Positions 42,285 through 51,238 of a DNA stretch of 56,403 bases are shown here, piece by piece. Position numbers and translations under genes: made by a program. The DNA comes from Bacteroidales bacterium (lineage in GTDB: Bacteria; Bacteroidota; Bacteroidia; Bacteroidales; VadinHA17): the NCBI GenBank assembly GCA_027067975.1, contig JAMOUS010000060.1, positions 1-56,403 of the forward strand, written 5' to 3'. The notes under the pieces were generated by a model. It saw nothing but the letters and a program-made list of their open reading frames with translations. It searched no databases and had not been told where the DNA came from. Numbering within the stretch: position 1 is the stretch's first letter; the number at the start of each line of letters is the position of its first letter.

Positions 42285-43073
42285 ATGATCACGATCCTCT
42301 CCCCCTCAAAGCGGATGGAAGTACTTTCGCAGGTACTCCCCATGTTCATGATGGAACAATACGGAGCGATGATGAGTGATCCGCTGTTCCGTCGTGAGGC
42401 CTGGCAGATCGCAAAAAAGATGAAGGGATACAGTCCCGAGGAGCTGAGCCGGCTGTTGCGGGTGAATCCCCAACTATCGATGACGACGGCCGAGCGGTTT
42501 GCCTCTTTCCGTCTCGATCCGTTGGATTTCGCCGTCCGCCCTGCCATCCTGGCCTTTCAGGGCGATGTGTATAAGGGCCTCGAGGCCGATACCATGGACC
42601 GGGAAGATCATCTTTTCGCCCAGGAACATCTCTTCATTCTCTCCGCCTTGTACGGCTTTTTACGTCCTCTGGACAAGATCCAGGCCTACCGTCTGGAGAT
42701 GGGCATCCCCCTGCAGGTGGGCCGTCACAAGAACCTTTACGCTTTCTGGAAGGAGAAGATCACCCGTCGGATCAAGGATATGCTCTCCCTGCAGCGCACT
42801 CCTGTGCTGATCAACCTTGCTTCAATGGAATACTCGTCGGTGATCGACATGAATGCTTTGAAGGCACGGATCATCACCATTGTCTTCAAGGAATTGCGGA
42901 ACGGCGCCTACCGCATCCTCTCCACCCATGCCAAATACGCCAGGGGCCGGATGGCACGGTACATTATCGACAACCGGATCGACGATCCCGAAGCGTTAAA
43001 ACATTTCGACCTCGACGGTTATGGATACGACGCCAACCTCTCCGACGACGAACGATGGGTGTTCACAAGGTAG
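42285..43073 (+). CDS. yaaA: Peroxide stress protein YaaA (UPF0246/DUF328)
   Basis: 262-aa ORF. The N-terminus MITILSPSKRM and ...AILAFQGDVYKGL... match the YaaA family. Confidence 0.9.
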   Translation: MITILSPSKRMEVLSQVLPMFMMEQYGAMMSDPLFRREAWQIAKKMKGYSPEELSRLLRVNPQLSMTTAERFASFRLDPLDFAVRPAILAFQGDVYKGLEADTMDREDHLFAQEHLFILSALYGFLRPLDKIQAYRLEMGIPLQVGRHKNLYAFWKEKITRRIKDMLSLQRTPVLINLASMEYSSVIDMNALKARIITIVFKELRNGAYRILSTHAKYARGRMARYIIDNRIDDPEALKHFDLDGYGYDANLSDDERWVFTR

Positions 43074-43078
43074 AAAAA

Positions 43079-43261
43079 AGTTCGGAGTTCGGAGTTCCGA
43101 GTTTGGAGTCCCGAGTATCGAGTTGGGAATTGAAAAAATTGCCTGAACCCTTTTATCTTTTGCCTTTTGTCTTTTGTCTTGGCGAAGCCTCATCGCTTCA
43201 TCACATTATCGCTTTATCGCTTCATCGCTTCATCGTGTCCACCGTAGCCGCAGGCGGAGCG
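43079..43261 (+). repeat. Mosaic intergenic repeat, locus E (heptamers, CTTTTGYC 8-mers, CGCTTCAT 8-mers)
   Basis: 43079-43127: AGTTCGG AGTTCGG AGTTCCG AGTTTGG AGTCCCG AGTATCG AGTTGGG. 43139-43184: TGCCTGAACCCTTTTATCTTTTGCCTTTTGTCTTTTGTCTTGGCGAAG, about 50 of 52 identical to 14263-14310. 43186-43233: CGCTTCAT-type run. It fills the whole gap between the convergent stops of yaaA and rnfA. Confidence 0.9.
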
Positions 43262-43265
43262 TGCT

Positions 43266-43838
43266 TCACACCAGTCCTGCAAATCCCATGAAAGCCATGG
43301 AAAGGATGCCGGCGACGACGAAGGCGATGGGGATGCCTTTCATCCCCTTGGGCACCTCGACCAGTTCGAGCGACTCGCGGATGCTGGAGAGGAGCACCAG
43401 CGCCAGCCCGAAGCCGATGGCCGTGGCAAAAGAAAAGACCACCGCCTCGGGCAGGTTGTATTTGTCTTGGATGGTGAGGATCGCCACGCCCAGCACGGCA
43501 CAGTTGGTGGTGATCAACGGCAGGAAGATGCCGAGTGCCTGGTAAAGGTCAGGGCTCACCTTTTTCAGCACGATCTCGACCAACTGAACCAGGGCGGCGA
43601 TGACCAGGATGAAAGTGATGGTCTGCATGAAGTCGATGCCCAGCGGTACGAGAATATAATACTGGATCAGGTAGGTGGCGATGGTGGCCAGCACCATCAC
43701 GAAGGCCACGGCCCCTGTCATGCCCACCGAGGTCTCCAGTCGCGAGGAAACCCCCATGAAGGGACAGATTCCCAGAAACTTGGCCAGGACAATGTTATTG
43801 ACAAAGATCGCCGAGATGATGATAACGAAATATTCCAT
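43266..43838 (-). CDS. rnfA: Rnf electron-transport complex subunit A
   Basis: 190-aa polytopic ORF. IFVNNIVLAKFLGICPFMGVS... is characteristic of RnfA/RsxA. It is the last gene of the rnf operon. Confidence 0.95.
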   Translation of the reverse strand: MEYFVIIISAIFVNNIVLAKFLGICPFMGVSSRLETSVGMTGAVAFVMVLATIATYLIQYYILVPLGIDFMQTITFILVIAALVQLVEIVLKKVSPDLYQALGIFLPLITTNCAVLGVAILTIQDKYNLPEAVVFSFATAIGFGLALVLLSSIRESLELVEVPKGMKGIPIAFVVAGILSMAFMGFAGLV

Positions 43839-43850
43839 GGCTGAATCTTT

Positions 43851-44438
43851 TTATGCGTTCTTTTTGCTGAGTTTGTTCATGATGCTGATGAGGTATGCCA
43901 GGGCGAGGAAGGCGCCGGGGGCCAGGACGAAGAGGAGCATGCCGTCGCCCTGGATGAACTTGAATCCCATCCACGATCCGGCGCCGAGGATCTCGCGCAC
44001 CGATCCCAACATGAAGAGGGCCATGGTGAACCCCAGCCCCATGCCGAGGCCGTCGATGGCCGAGGTCCATACATTGTTCTTGGAAGCGAATGCCTCGGCT
44101 CGTCCCAGCACCAGACAGTTGACCACGATGAGCGGGATGAAGAGTCCCAGTTCTTTGTACAGGGCCGGCAGGTATGCCTGCATCGTCAGCTGCACCACCG
44201 TCACGAACGAGGCGATGATGACGATGAAGGCAGGGATACGTACCTTGTCGGGGATGAAGTTACGCACCATCGAAACCACAATGTTCGACATCAGCAGCAC
44301 GAAGGTGGTGGCCAGGCCCATGCCCAAGCCGTTGTAGGCAGAGGTAGTGGTGCCCAGCGTGGGGCACATGCCCAGCACCTGAACGAAGACGGCGTTCTCA
44401 ACGACAAAGCCTTTGGTGAAGTTCTTCCACTGGTTCAT
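43851..44438 (-). CDS. rnfE: Rnf electron-transport complex subunit E
   Basis: 195-aa ORF. ENAVFVQVLGMCPTLGTTTSAYNGLGMGLAT is characteristic of RnfE/RsxE. Confidence 0.95.
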   Translation of the reverse strand: MNQWKNFTKGFVVENAVFVQVLGMCPTLGTTTSAYNGLGMGLATTFVLLMSNIVVSMVRNFIPDKVRIPAFIVIIASFVTVVQLTMQAYLPALYKELGLFIPLIVVNCLVLGRAEAFASKNNVWTSAIDGLGMGLGFTMALFMLGSVREILGAGSWMGFKFIQGDGMLLFVLAPGAFLALAYLISIMNKLSKKNA

Positions 44439-45019
44439 TGTGCACCTCCTTTCGTAAGGTCAAGGTTTTTGTAAGCGCGTTCGACGGCATCGCAGAAAGC
44501 ACGCGAGCTGATCGTCGAGGCGGTGATGGCGTCGACATCGCCGCCGTCCTTGGTGACGGCCAGCTTGAAAGTTTTGGGATTCTTACCCTCAAACTGCAGT
44601 TCGAAGTCGGATTTTGCGGGGTCCATCTTGTCGCCCAGTCCGGGGGTTTCGTTATGTTCGAGCACGGCAATCTTGTTGATGGTCCCGTCGGGCAGGAAGC
44701 CCACCATCAGGCGGATCATGCCGCCGAAACCTTTCGGGCTGAAGGTCTCGACGGCGATGCCCACGAGGCTGTCGCCGCGGCGGGCGGGAAAAAAGTAAAG
44801 GGTGTCACCGTCGACAGCCTTTTTGTACATCTCTTTGACCGGATCGTTGTCGAAGGGTGGCAGCACGCTGCGCAGGGCGGCGTTCTGACGTTCGGCCTTG
44901 GCCCGGGCGATGGGTTCTTTGGTCACCTCATAGACGAACCCCAGCACCGCCGATGCCACCAGCGCCACCAGCGACAAGGCCAGCAGCATATTGAGGAACG
45001 TGGATTCTTTCTTAGCCAT
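44435..45019 (-). CDS. rnfG: Rnf electron-transport complex subunit G (FMN-binding)
   Basis: 194-aa ORF with an N-terminal TM anchor. ETPGLGDKM and ITASTISSRAF form the flavinylation motif. There is a 4-nt overlap with rnfE. Confidence 0.9.
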   Translation of the reverse strand: MAKKESTFLNMLLALSLVALVASAVLGFVYEVTKEPIARAKAERQNAALRSVLPPFDNDPVKEMYKKAVDGDTLYFFPARRGDSLVGIAVETFSPKGFGGMIRLMVGFLPDGTINKIAVLEHNETPGLGDKMDPAKSDFELQFEGKNPKTFKLAVTKDGGDVDAITASTISSRAFCDAVERAYKNLDLTKGGAQ

Positions 45020-46028
45020 TTTTCTTTACCTCCCCGAACCTTTTGGGTTTGACATAGAGATTGATCAGGGGCACGAAGGCGTTCATGATCAGGATGGCGA
45101 ACTGCACCCCCTCGGGATAGGCGCCCCAGCGGCGTATGATCACCGTCAGCAGGCCGATGCCCACGCCGTACCAGATCATGCCGCGGTGGGTCATCGGCGA
45201 GGTGACATAGTCGGTGGCCATGAAGATGGCACCCAGCATCAAGCCGCCCGAGAGCAGGTGGAACCAGGGCGTGGCGTTGTTGACGGGGTCGATGAGCCAC
45301 AACAGACCGCTGAAGAGGAAGACCGTCACAAAGATGGTGACGGGGATGTGCCAGGTGATGATGCGCTTCCAAAGGAGGTAGAGGAAACCCAGCAGCAGGG
45401 CGGCGGCCGCCACCTCCCCCATCGAGCCGGGCATATGGCCCATGAACATGTCGAGGTTGGCCGGGAGCTCTTTCATCATGTCGGCCACATGTTCGCCCTG
45501 GCGCATCCCCTCCTTGAGGAGCCCCAGGGGGGTGGCGCCCGTCACGGCGTCGGCGGTGGCAAAGCCTTTGGGAAGCGGCCAGGAGGTCATCTGCACGGGA
45601 AAGGAGATGAAGAGAAAGACCCTCCCCACCAGGGCGGGGTTGAAGGGGTTGGTGCCCAACCCGCCGAACGACATCTTCCCCACTCCGATGGCCACGAACA
45701 CGCCGATGGCGAGGATCCATACGGGGATGTTCACCGGCAGGGTGAAGGCCAGCAGGAGGCCGGTCACCACGGCCGAGCCGTCGCGCACCGAAGGCTCGCG
45801 CTTCAGCAGGAAGCGGGCGATGAGGTATTCGAACAGCACGGCAAAGAAGACCGACAGCAAGGGGATATAAAGCGCCCCCCAGCCGAAGAACCAGACGGAG
45901 GCCGCCCATGCCGGCAACAGGGCGATGACCACCCCGTACATCAGCCGCGAGGTGGTGTCGCGGTGATGCACGTGCGGCGACATCGATACGGTCAGAAGCT
46001 TGTCCATGGTCGCTTGTTTTTCCTTCAT
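45012..46028 (-). CDS. rnfD: Rnf electron-transport complex subunit D
   Basis: 338-aa polytopic ORF. ...SPHVHHRDTTSRLMYGVVIALLPA... and the C-terminal ...DYVTSP... fit RnfD/NqrB. Confidence 0.95.
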   Translation of the reverse strand: MKEKQATMDKLLTVSMSPHVHHRDTTSRLMYGVVIALLPAWAASVWFFGWGALYIPLLSVFFAVLFEYLIARFLLKREPSVRDGSAVVTGLLLAFTLPVNIPVWILAIGVFVAIGVGKMSFGGLGTNPFNPALVGRVFLFISFPVQMTSWPLPKGFATADAVTGATPLGLLKEGMRQGEHVADMMKELPANLDMFMGHMPGSMGEVAAAALLLGFLYLLWKRIITWHIPVTIFVTVFLFSGLLWLIDPVNNATPWFHLLSGGLMLGAIFMATDYVTSPMTHRGMIWYGVGIGLLTVIIRRWGAYPEGVQFAILIMNAFVPLINLYVKPKRFGEVKKNG

Positions 46029-47371
46029 TTCACTGCCTGTTTGGCTTTGCGGATCATCTCACCCACCCGGAGCTTGTCGAGCCGGATATAGTCGAGCAGG
46101 GGCCGGTCGGCAGGGCAGATGTAGCTGCACGATCCGCATTCGATACAATCCATGACCCTCTCATCGCGGGCTCTTTCGAACCGCTCATGCACGCCGAGGT
46201 CCATGAGCAGGTAAGGTTCCAATCCCATGGGGCACACCGACACGCAGCGTGCGCACCGTATGCAGGCCTGGTAAGGACGACGGTGCGCTTCGGCGTCGGG
46301 GATGAGCAGCACGCCGGAGATCCCCTTGGTGACGGGGATGTCGAGGCGGGCGACGGCCTTGCCCATCATGGGGCCGCCGAGCACCACCTTGCCCGTATCG
46401 TCGGGAAGACCACCGGCGGCGTCGACGAGTGCCGAGATGGGTGTGCCGATGCGGACGAGGAAGTTGGAAGGTTTGGCCAGCGACTTACCCGTCACGGTAA
46501 CCACCCGCTCGATCAAAGGTTTGTTCTTCTGCACCGCCTCGTAGGCGGCGACGGTGGTGCCCACGTTGTGCACCACCACCCCCACATCGATAGGCAGACC
46601 GCCGGAGGGAACCTCCCTGCCGGTGACGGCCTTGATGAGTTGCTTTTCACCTCCCTGCGGATACTTCACCTTGAGCGGCTGCACGGTGATCCCCTCCTCG
46701 GCAGCGGTAAGGCGCGAGAGGTGTTCGATCGCGTCGGGCTTGTTGTTCTCGATGCCGATGACGGCGCGGTCGACGCCGAGGGCTTTCATCAGGATGCGTG
46801 TGCCGACGAGGAGCTCTTCGCCCCGCTCGAGCATCAGCCGGTGGTCGGCGGTAAGGTAAGGTTCGCACTCCACGCCGTTGATGATGAGCAGTTCGGCTTT
46901 CTTGCCGCGCGGCACATTGAGCTTGACATGCGAGGGGAAGGTGGCTCCGCCCATGCCGACGATGCCGGCCTCCTGGATGCGGGCGAGGATCTCTTCGCGT
47001 GCGGCGGTGATCTCCCTGACGAGGGTCTCGCTGCGGTCGATCTCCGGCAGCCAGTCGTCACCCTCGACGTCGATGATCACCGAGGTGCGTTTGTATCCCG
47101 AGGCGTCGAACCTCTTGTCAATGCGAAACACCTTGCCCGAGACGGGCGAATGGACATTGGCCGAGACATATCCGCTGCTTTTGGCCAGGAGCTGTCCCAC
47201 CTTCACCTCGTCGCCCCGCTGCACCACCGGCTCGGCCGGAGCCCCGATATGCTGTACCACGGGCACGACGACCCTCCCCCCGGGGGGAAGGACCTCAATG
47301 GGACGTCCCGCCGAGAGCTTGTGCTCGGGCGGATGAACACCCCCTTTCGGAAAGGTCTTGATCTTCTGCAC
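46025..47371 (-). CDS. rnfC: Rnf electron-transport complex subunit C
   Basis: 448-aa ORF with an NADH-binding-like domain and two ferredoxin motifs (CIRCARCVSVCP, CIECGSCSYICP). There is a 4-nt overlap with rnfD. Confidence 0.95.
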   Translation of the reverse strand: MQKIKTFPKGGVHPPEHKLSAGRPIEVLPPGGRVVVPVVQHIGAPAEPVVQRGDEVKVGQLLAKSSGYVSANVHSPVSGKVFRIDKRFDASGYKRTSVIIDVEGDDWLPEIDRSETLVREITAAREEILARIQEAGIVGMGGATFPSHVKLNVPRGKKAELLIINGVECEPYLTADHRLMLERGEELLVGTRILMKALGVDRAVIGIENNKPDAIEHLSRLTAAEEGITVQPLKVKYPQGGEKQLIKAVTGREVPSGGLPIDVGVVVHNVGTTVAAYEAVQKNKPLIERVVTVTGKSLAKPSNFLVRIGTPISALVDAAGGLPDDTGKVVLGGPMMGKAVARLDIPVTKGISGVLLIPDAEAHRRPYQACIRCARCVSVCPMGLEPYLLMDLGVHERFERARDERVMDCIECGSCSYICPADRPLLDYIRLDKLRVGEMIRKAKQAVK

Positions 47372-47428
47372 GGTCGCTGTGTTTTTATTTTTTTGTTTCT
47401 TTCTCTTTTTCCGTTTGTGATGTTCCGC

Positions 47429-48376
47429 TTATCCTTCTTTTTTCTCTTCGCTGCGCTCACCCTCTTGTGTCTCCCCGTTCTTTCCGATCGCTTTCTTTTC
47501 TTTTGCGGCGGTCACCTTCTTGGCGGCAGGCTGATCATCTTTCTTGCGTTCCTTACGGGGAGGGAAGTTGATCTCCAGGATCGAATGGGTAGGACAGACC
47601 ACCACACATTTCCGGCACAGTTTGCAGGCATCGCTGTCGATGAAGGCAAGGTTGTTGCCCATGGTGATGGCGTCGAACTCGCACACCTGGAAGCACTTCG
47701 AGCATCCGATACAGGCCACGTCGCAGTACTGGCGGGCGACTCCTCCCTTTTCTTCGTTGATACAGGCGACGTAGATCTTCCGGTCTTTTTTGTTGCGTTT
47801 ACGCAGTTCGATGATATCGCGCGGGCAGGCTTCGACGCAGGCGCCGCAGGCAACGCAGTTCTCATCGATCACATAAGGCAGGCCGGTCTTTTCATCCATG
47901 AAGAGGGCTTCGAAGTCGCATGCCCGGACACAGTCGCCCAGGCCGAGGCAGCCGTAGGGGCAGTCGGTGTCTCCCGTATAGAGGGCGTGGGCCACGGCGC
48001 ACGACTCGGCCCCTTCGTAGCGGCTGGTGCGGGGGCGGTGTTCGAAAGAGCCCTGACAGCGGATCACCGCCACACGCGGCTCGGCCGTCACGGCCTCGAG
48101 GCCGAGGATCTCGGCCACCTTGGCCATCACATCATTGCCCCCAACGGGACAATAGAGGTCGTCGAGACTGTCGGCCTTGACACACGCCTCGGCAAACGGC
48201 CGGCAACCGGGATATCCGCATCCCCCGCAGTTGGCATGGGGCAGCACCTCTTCCACCTGATCGATGCGCGGGTCCTCCTCCACATGAAACTTGCGGGCCA
48301 CAAAATAGAGGATCACCGCAGACAAGGCGCCCAACAGCGTCAAGGTGAGAACCGTATAAAGAACAATATCGCTCAT
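47429..48376 (-). CDS. rnfB: Rnf electron-transport complex subunit B (polyferredoxin)
   Basis: 315-aa ORF with an N-terminal TM helix. NCGGCGYPGCRPFAEA and multiple CxxCxxCxxxCP motifs are present. The C-terminal tail is K/E-rich. Confidence 0.95.
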   Translation of the reverse strand: MSDIVLYTVLTLTLLGALSAVILYFVARKFHVEEDPRIDQVEEVLPHANCGGCGYPGCRPFAEACVKADSLDDLYCPVGGNDVMAKVAEILGLEAVTAEPRVAVIRCQGSFEHRPRTSRYEGAESCAVAHALYTGDTDCPYGCLGLGDCVRACDFEALFMDEKTGLPYVIDENCVACGACVEACPRDIIELRKRNKKDRKIYVACINEEKGGVARQYCDVACIGCSKCFQVCEFDAITMGNNLAFIDSDACKLCRKCVVVCPTHSILEINFPPRKERKKDDQPAAKKVTAAKEKKAIGKNGETQEGERSEEKKEG

Positions 48377-48383
48377 AAAGGTA

Positions 48384-48809
48384 TCAGTTAGCTTTTTGAG
48401 TGATCACGAACCGGAACTGCCGGTGTATCTTGTCACGCAGAAGGTATAGCAAAAGATAGTACGGCACCAGCACCAGCAAGGCGGCCAAGCCGCTGGCCAC
48501 CTCATTGACGGTAAAGCGGTAGACCAGGAAGAAGGTGGTCATCACCACCACGAAAGGGATCAGGTAACCATACGCCAGGGCTCTCATCCCCAGCGAGCGG
48601 GTGAGGAGGATCCGCACCTGCTCGCCGGGCTGCACCGGCCACGCCGGCATGGCCACCTCCACCTCCTTGTCCGCCATGTCGGCCGCCGAGCAAACTCCCT
48701 TCAACTGGCAATGCGCACAGGCCGATCGTGTCACGAACGACACCTTCACGCGGCCATCCCGCACCTCCCGGACCGTCCCCTCATGTTCAATATATTGCTG
48801 ATCAGCCAT
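48384..48809 (-). CDS. RseC/MucC-family (SoxR-reducing system) protein, first gene of the rnf operon
   Basis: ORF 48384..48878; start preferred at MADQQYIEHEGTVREVRDGRVKVSF (ATG 48809). The motif CAHCQLKGVC and two C-terminal TM helices fit RseC. It ends 7 nt before rnfB. Confidence 0.8.
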   Translation of the reverse strand: MADQQYIEHEGTVREVRDGRVKVSFVTRSACAHCQLKGVCSAADMADKEVEVAMPAWPVQPGEQVRILLTRSLGMRALAYGYLIPFVVVMTTFFLVYRFTVNEVASGLAALLVLVPYYLLLYLLRDKIHRQFRFVITQKAN

Positions 48810-48961
48810 ATCCTGGTCATTGGCACAAGACGACTGAGGAAAATCGATGATGCAAGTATAATTTTTTTCGACGAGCAAAAAAATGCCAGACCTCCGGATG
48901 GGGATAATTTATTTTCGTTATAAATAAGACAAAAAATCAACTGATCCGGCTCCAGTCCTTG

Positions 48962-51061
48962 TCATGACGGGAGAAGAGGCGGATGTTCTTTTTCAATACG
49001 GCATTTTCGGGATGGTCGAGGGGAATCCTTTTCGAGGATCTTTTCGGCGATGTTCCTGGCATGCTGGAGGATCTGTCCGTCCTGGCCGAGGTTGGCGATA
49101 TGGAGGTCGAAGGGGATTCCGCTTTGTTGTGTACCGTCGATATCGCCGGGTCCGCGCATGCGCATGTCGGCGTCGGCAATGCGAAAACCGTCATTGGTCT
49201 CCACCATGATCTCGAGGCGTTTGCGTGCTTCGGTGGAGAGTTTGTGGGAAGCCATGAGGATGCAGTACGACTGGTCGGCGCCGCGTCCCACGCGGCCCCG
49301 CAGCTGGTGCAGTTGGGAGAGGCCGAAACGCTCGGCACTCTCGATCACCATCACCGTGGCATTGGGCACATCCACCCCCACCTCTATGACCGTCGTCGCG
49401 ACCATAATGTGATAATCGCCCTTTAAAAAGAGTCGCATGGCAGCATCTTTCTCTTCCGGTTTCATGCGGCCGTGCACCACCCCCACCCCATAGCGCGGCG
49501 GAGGGAAGGCCCGGACGATGCTCTCATAGCCATCTTCCAGATCTTTGTAATCCATGCTCTCGCTCTCCCGGATAAGAGGATAGACGACAAAGATCTGGCG
49601 GCCCTGTTCGATCTGTTCGCGCATGAAGCCGTATAGGCGCTCTCTTTTGGAGTCGTTGAGGAGGATGGTCTTGACAGGTTTTCGGCCCGGGGGCAGTTCG
49701 TCGATGACCGAGACGTCGAGGTCGCCGTAGAGGGTCATGGCGAGGGTCCGGGGGATGGGGGTGGCGGTCATCACGAGCACGTGCGGTGGCAAGGTGCCGC
49801 TTTTCTCCCAGAGGCGAGCGCGCTGTGCCACGCCGAAGCGGTGTTGTTCGTCGATGACGACGAAGCCGAGACGGGCGAACTGCACCTCATCCTCGAGGAG
49901 GGCGTGGGTGCCGATAAGGATGTGGAGCGAGCCGTCCCGCAGCCGCTCATGGATCTCGCGCCGTTCGCGGCGTTTGGTCGAGCCGGTGAGGAGGGCCACC
50001 TCAAGGCCGAGGCCTTCGACCCAGCGGCTGATGGTGTTGTAATGCTGCTGGGCCAGGATCTCGGTGGGGGCCATCAGCGCACTCTGGTAGCCGTTGTCGG
50101 CGGCGATGAGCATAGTCATCAGCGCCACCAGCGTCTTGCCGCTGCCCACATCGCCCTGCAGCAGACGGTTCATCTGACGCCCCGACCCCAGGTCGCGGCG
50201 TATCTCGCGGATCACACGCTTCTGTGCACCCGTCAGCTCGAAATGGAGCTTCTCATGATAGAAGCGGTTGAGGTACTCCCCCACCCGCTCGAAGACATAC
50301 CCTTGCACCTGACGGCTGCGGATCAGCTTCTGCCGCAAAAGGTTGAGCTGGATGAAAAAGAGCTCCTCAAACTTCAGCCGGTACCGGGCCTGTTCGAGCA
50401 ACCCGGCACTCTCGGGAAAGTGGATGTTCTTCAATGCCTCCCGCCGCCCCAGAAGACGCTGTTCCTGCACCAGGTAGGCCGGCAGTGTCTCCTCGAGGTG
50501 AGGGTAGACCGTCTTCAGGAGAGTGGCCTGCAACTTATGGATCACCCGCGAAGTGAGGAAACTGTTCTTCAGCTTCTCGGTGGTGCTGTAATGCGCCTGG
50601 AGGGAAGCGTTGATCCTCTTCTCCGCCTTGTCGGTCTCTTCCATCTCGGGATGCACCATATTGACACGATGACCGTATTTCACCGGCCGGCCGAAGACGA
50701 TATACTCTTTCCCCTCTTTCAGCGAATCCTGGATCCAGTTGAGCCCCTTGAACCACACCAGTTCGATCACGCCGGTCTCATCGCGCAAGTGGGCCACAAA
50801 ACGCCGGCGCCGTGGTTGCCCTACCATCTGGAAGTTCTCGAGAACACCCCGCAACTGAATGTGCGGCATATCCGCCCGCACCTCCGCCACCTTGTAAAAG
50901 CGGGTACGGTCGATATACTTGTAAGGGAAATAATACAATAGGTCAAAATAGGTACGTATCCCCAGCTCCTGCGCCAGCAGCTCGGCACGCCGCGGCCCCA
51001 CCCCCGGCAAGTACTTGATGTCGGTGTTCAGGATCTTCTCCATCCGCTCCGTCAAAATCAC
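48962..51061 (-). CDS. recG: ATP-dependent DNA helicase RecG
   Basis: 699-aa ORF. Wedge domain, GDVGSGKT (motif I), DEQHRFG (motif II), MTATPIPRTL and QLHQLRGRVGRG are present. Confidence 0.95.
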   Translation of the reverse strand: MILTERMEKILNTDIKYLPGVGPRRAELLAQELGIRTYFDLLYYFPYKYIDRTRFYKVAEVRADMPHIQLRGVLENFQMVGQPRRRRFVAHLRDETGVIELVWFKGLNWIQDSLKEGKEYIVFGRPVKYGHRVNMVHPEMEETDKAEKRINASLQAHYSTTEKLKNSFLTSRVIHKLQATLLKTVYPHLEETLPAYLVQEQRLLGRREALKNIHFPESAGLLEQARYRLKFEELFFIQLNLLRQKLIRSRQVQGYVFERVGEYLNRFYHEKLHFELTGAQKRVIREIRRDLGSGRQMNRLLQGDVGSGKTLVALMTMLIAADNGYQSALMAPTEILAQQHYNTISRWVEGLGLEVALLTGSTKRRERREIHERLRDGSLHILIGTHALLEDEVQFARLGFVVIDEQHRFGVAQRARLWEKSGTLPPHVLVMTATPIPRTLAMTLYGDLDVSVIDELPPGRKPVKTILLNDSKRERLYGFMREQIEQGRQIFVVYPLIRESESMDYKDLEDGYESIVRAFPPPRYGVGVVHGRMKPEEKDAAMRLFLKGDYHIMVATTVIEVGVDVPNATVMVIESAERFGLSQLHQLRGRVGRGADQSYCILMASHKLSTEARKRLEIMVETNDGFRIADADMRMRGPGDIDGTQQSGIPFDLHIANLGQDGQILQHARNIAEKILEKDSPRPSRKCRIEKEHPPLLPS

Positions 51062-51238
51062 CGGAAATTTACGCCAAAATCTCCAATAGAAAAACCGATA
51101 CTTTTTCCCTGTAAATACGGTTGAACTTTTCAGGATCTTTTTTTATTTTTCCAGAATGAAACGGGAAGGGCTTTGCGAGGAAGATGGCAAGATCCACGAA
51201 AAATACAACTCGAAACACTAACCATAACCCCCAATATC

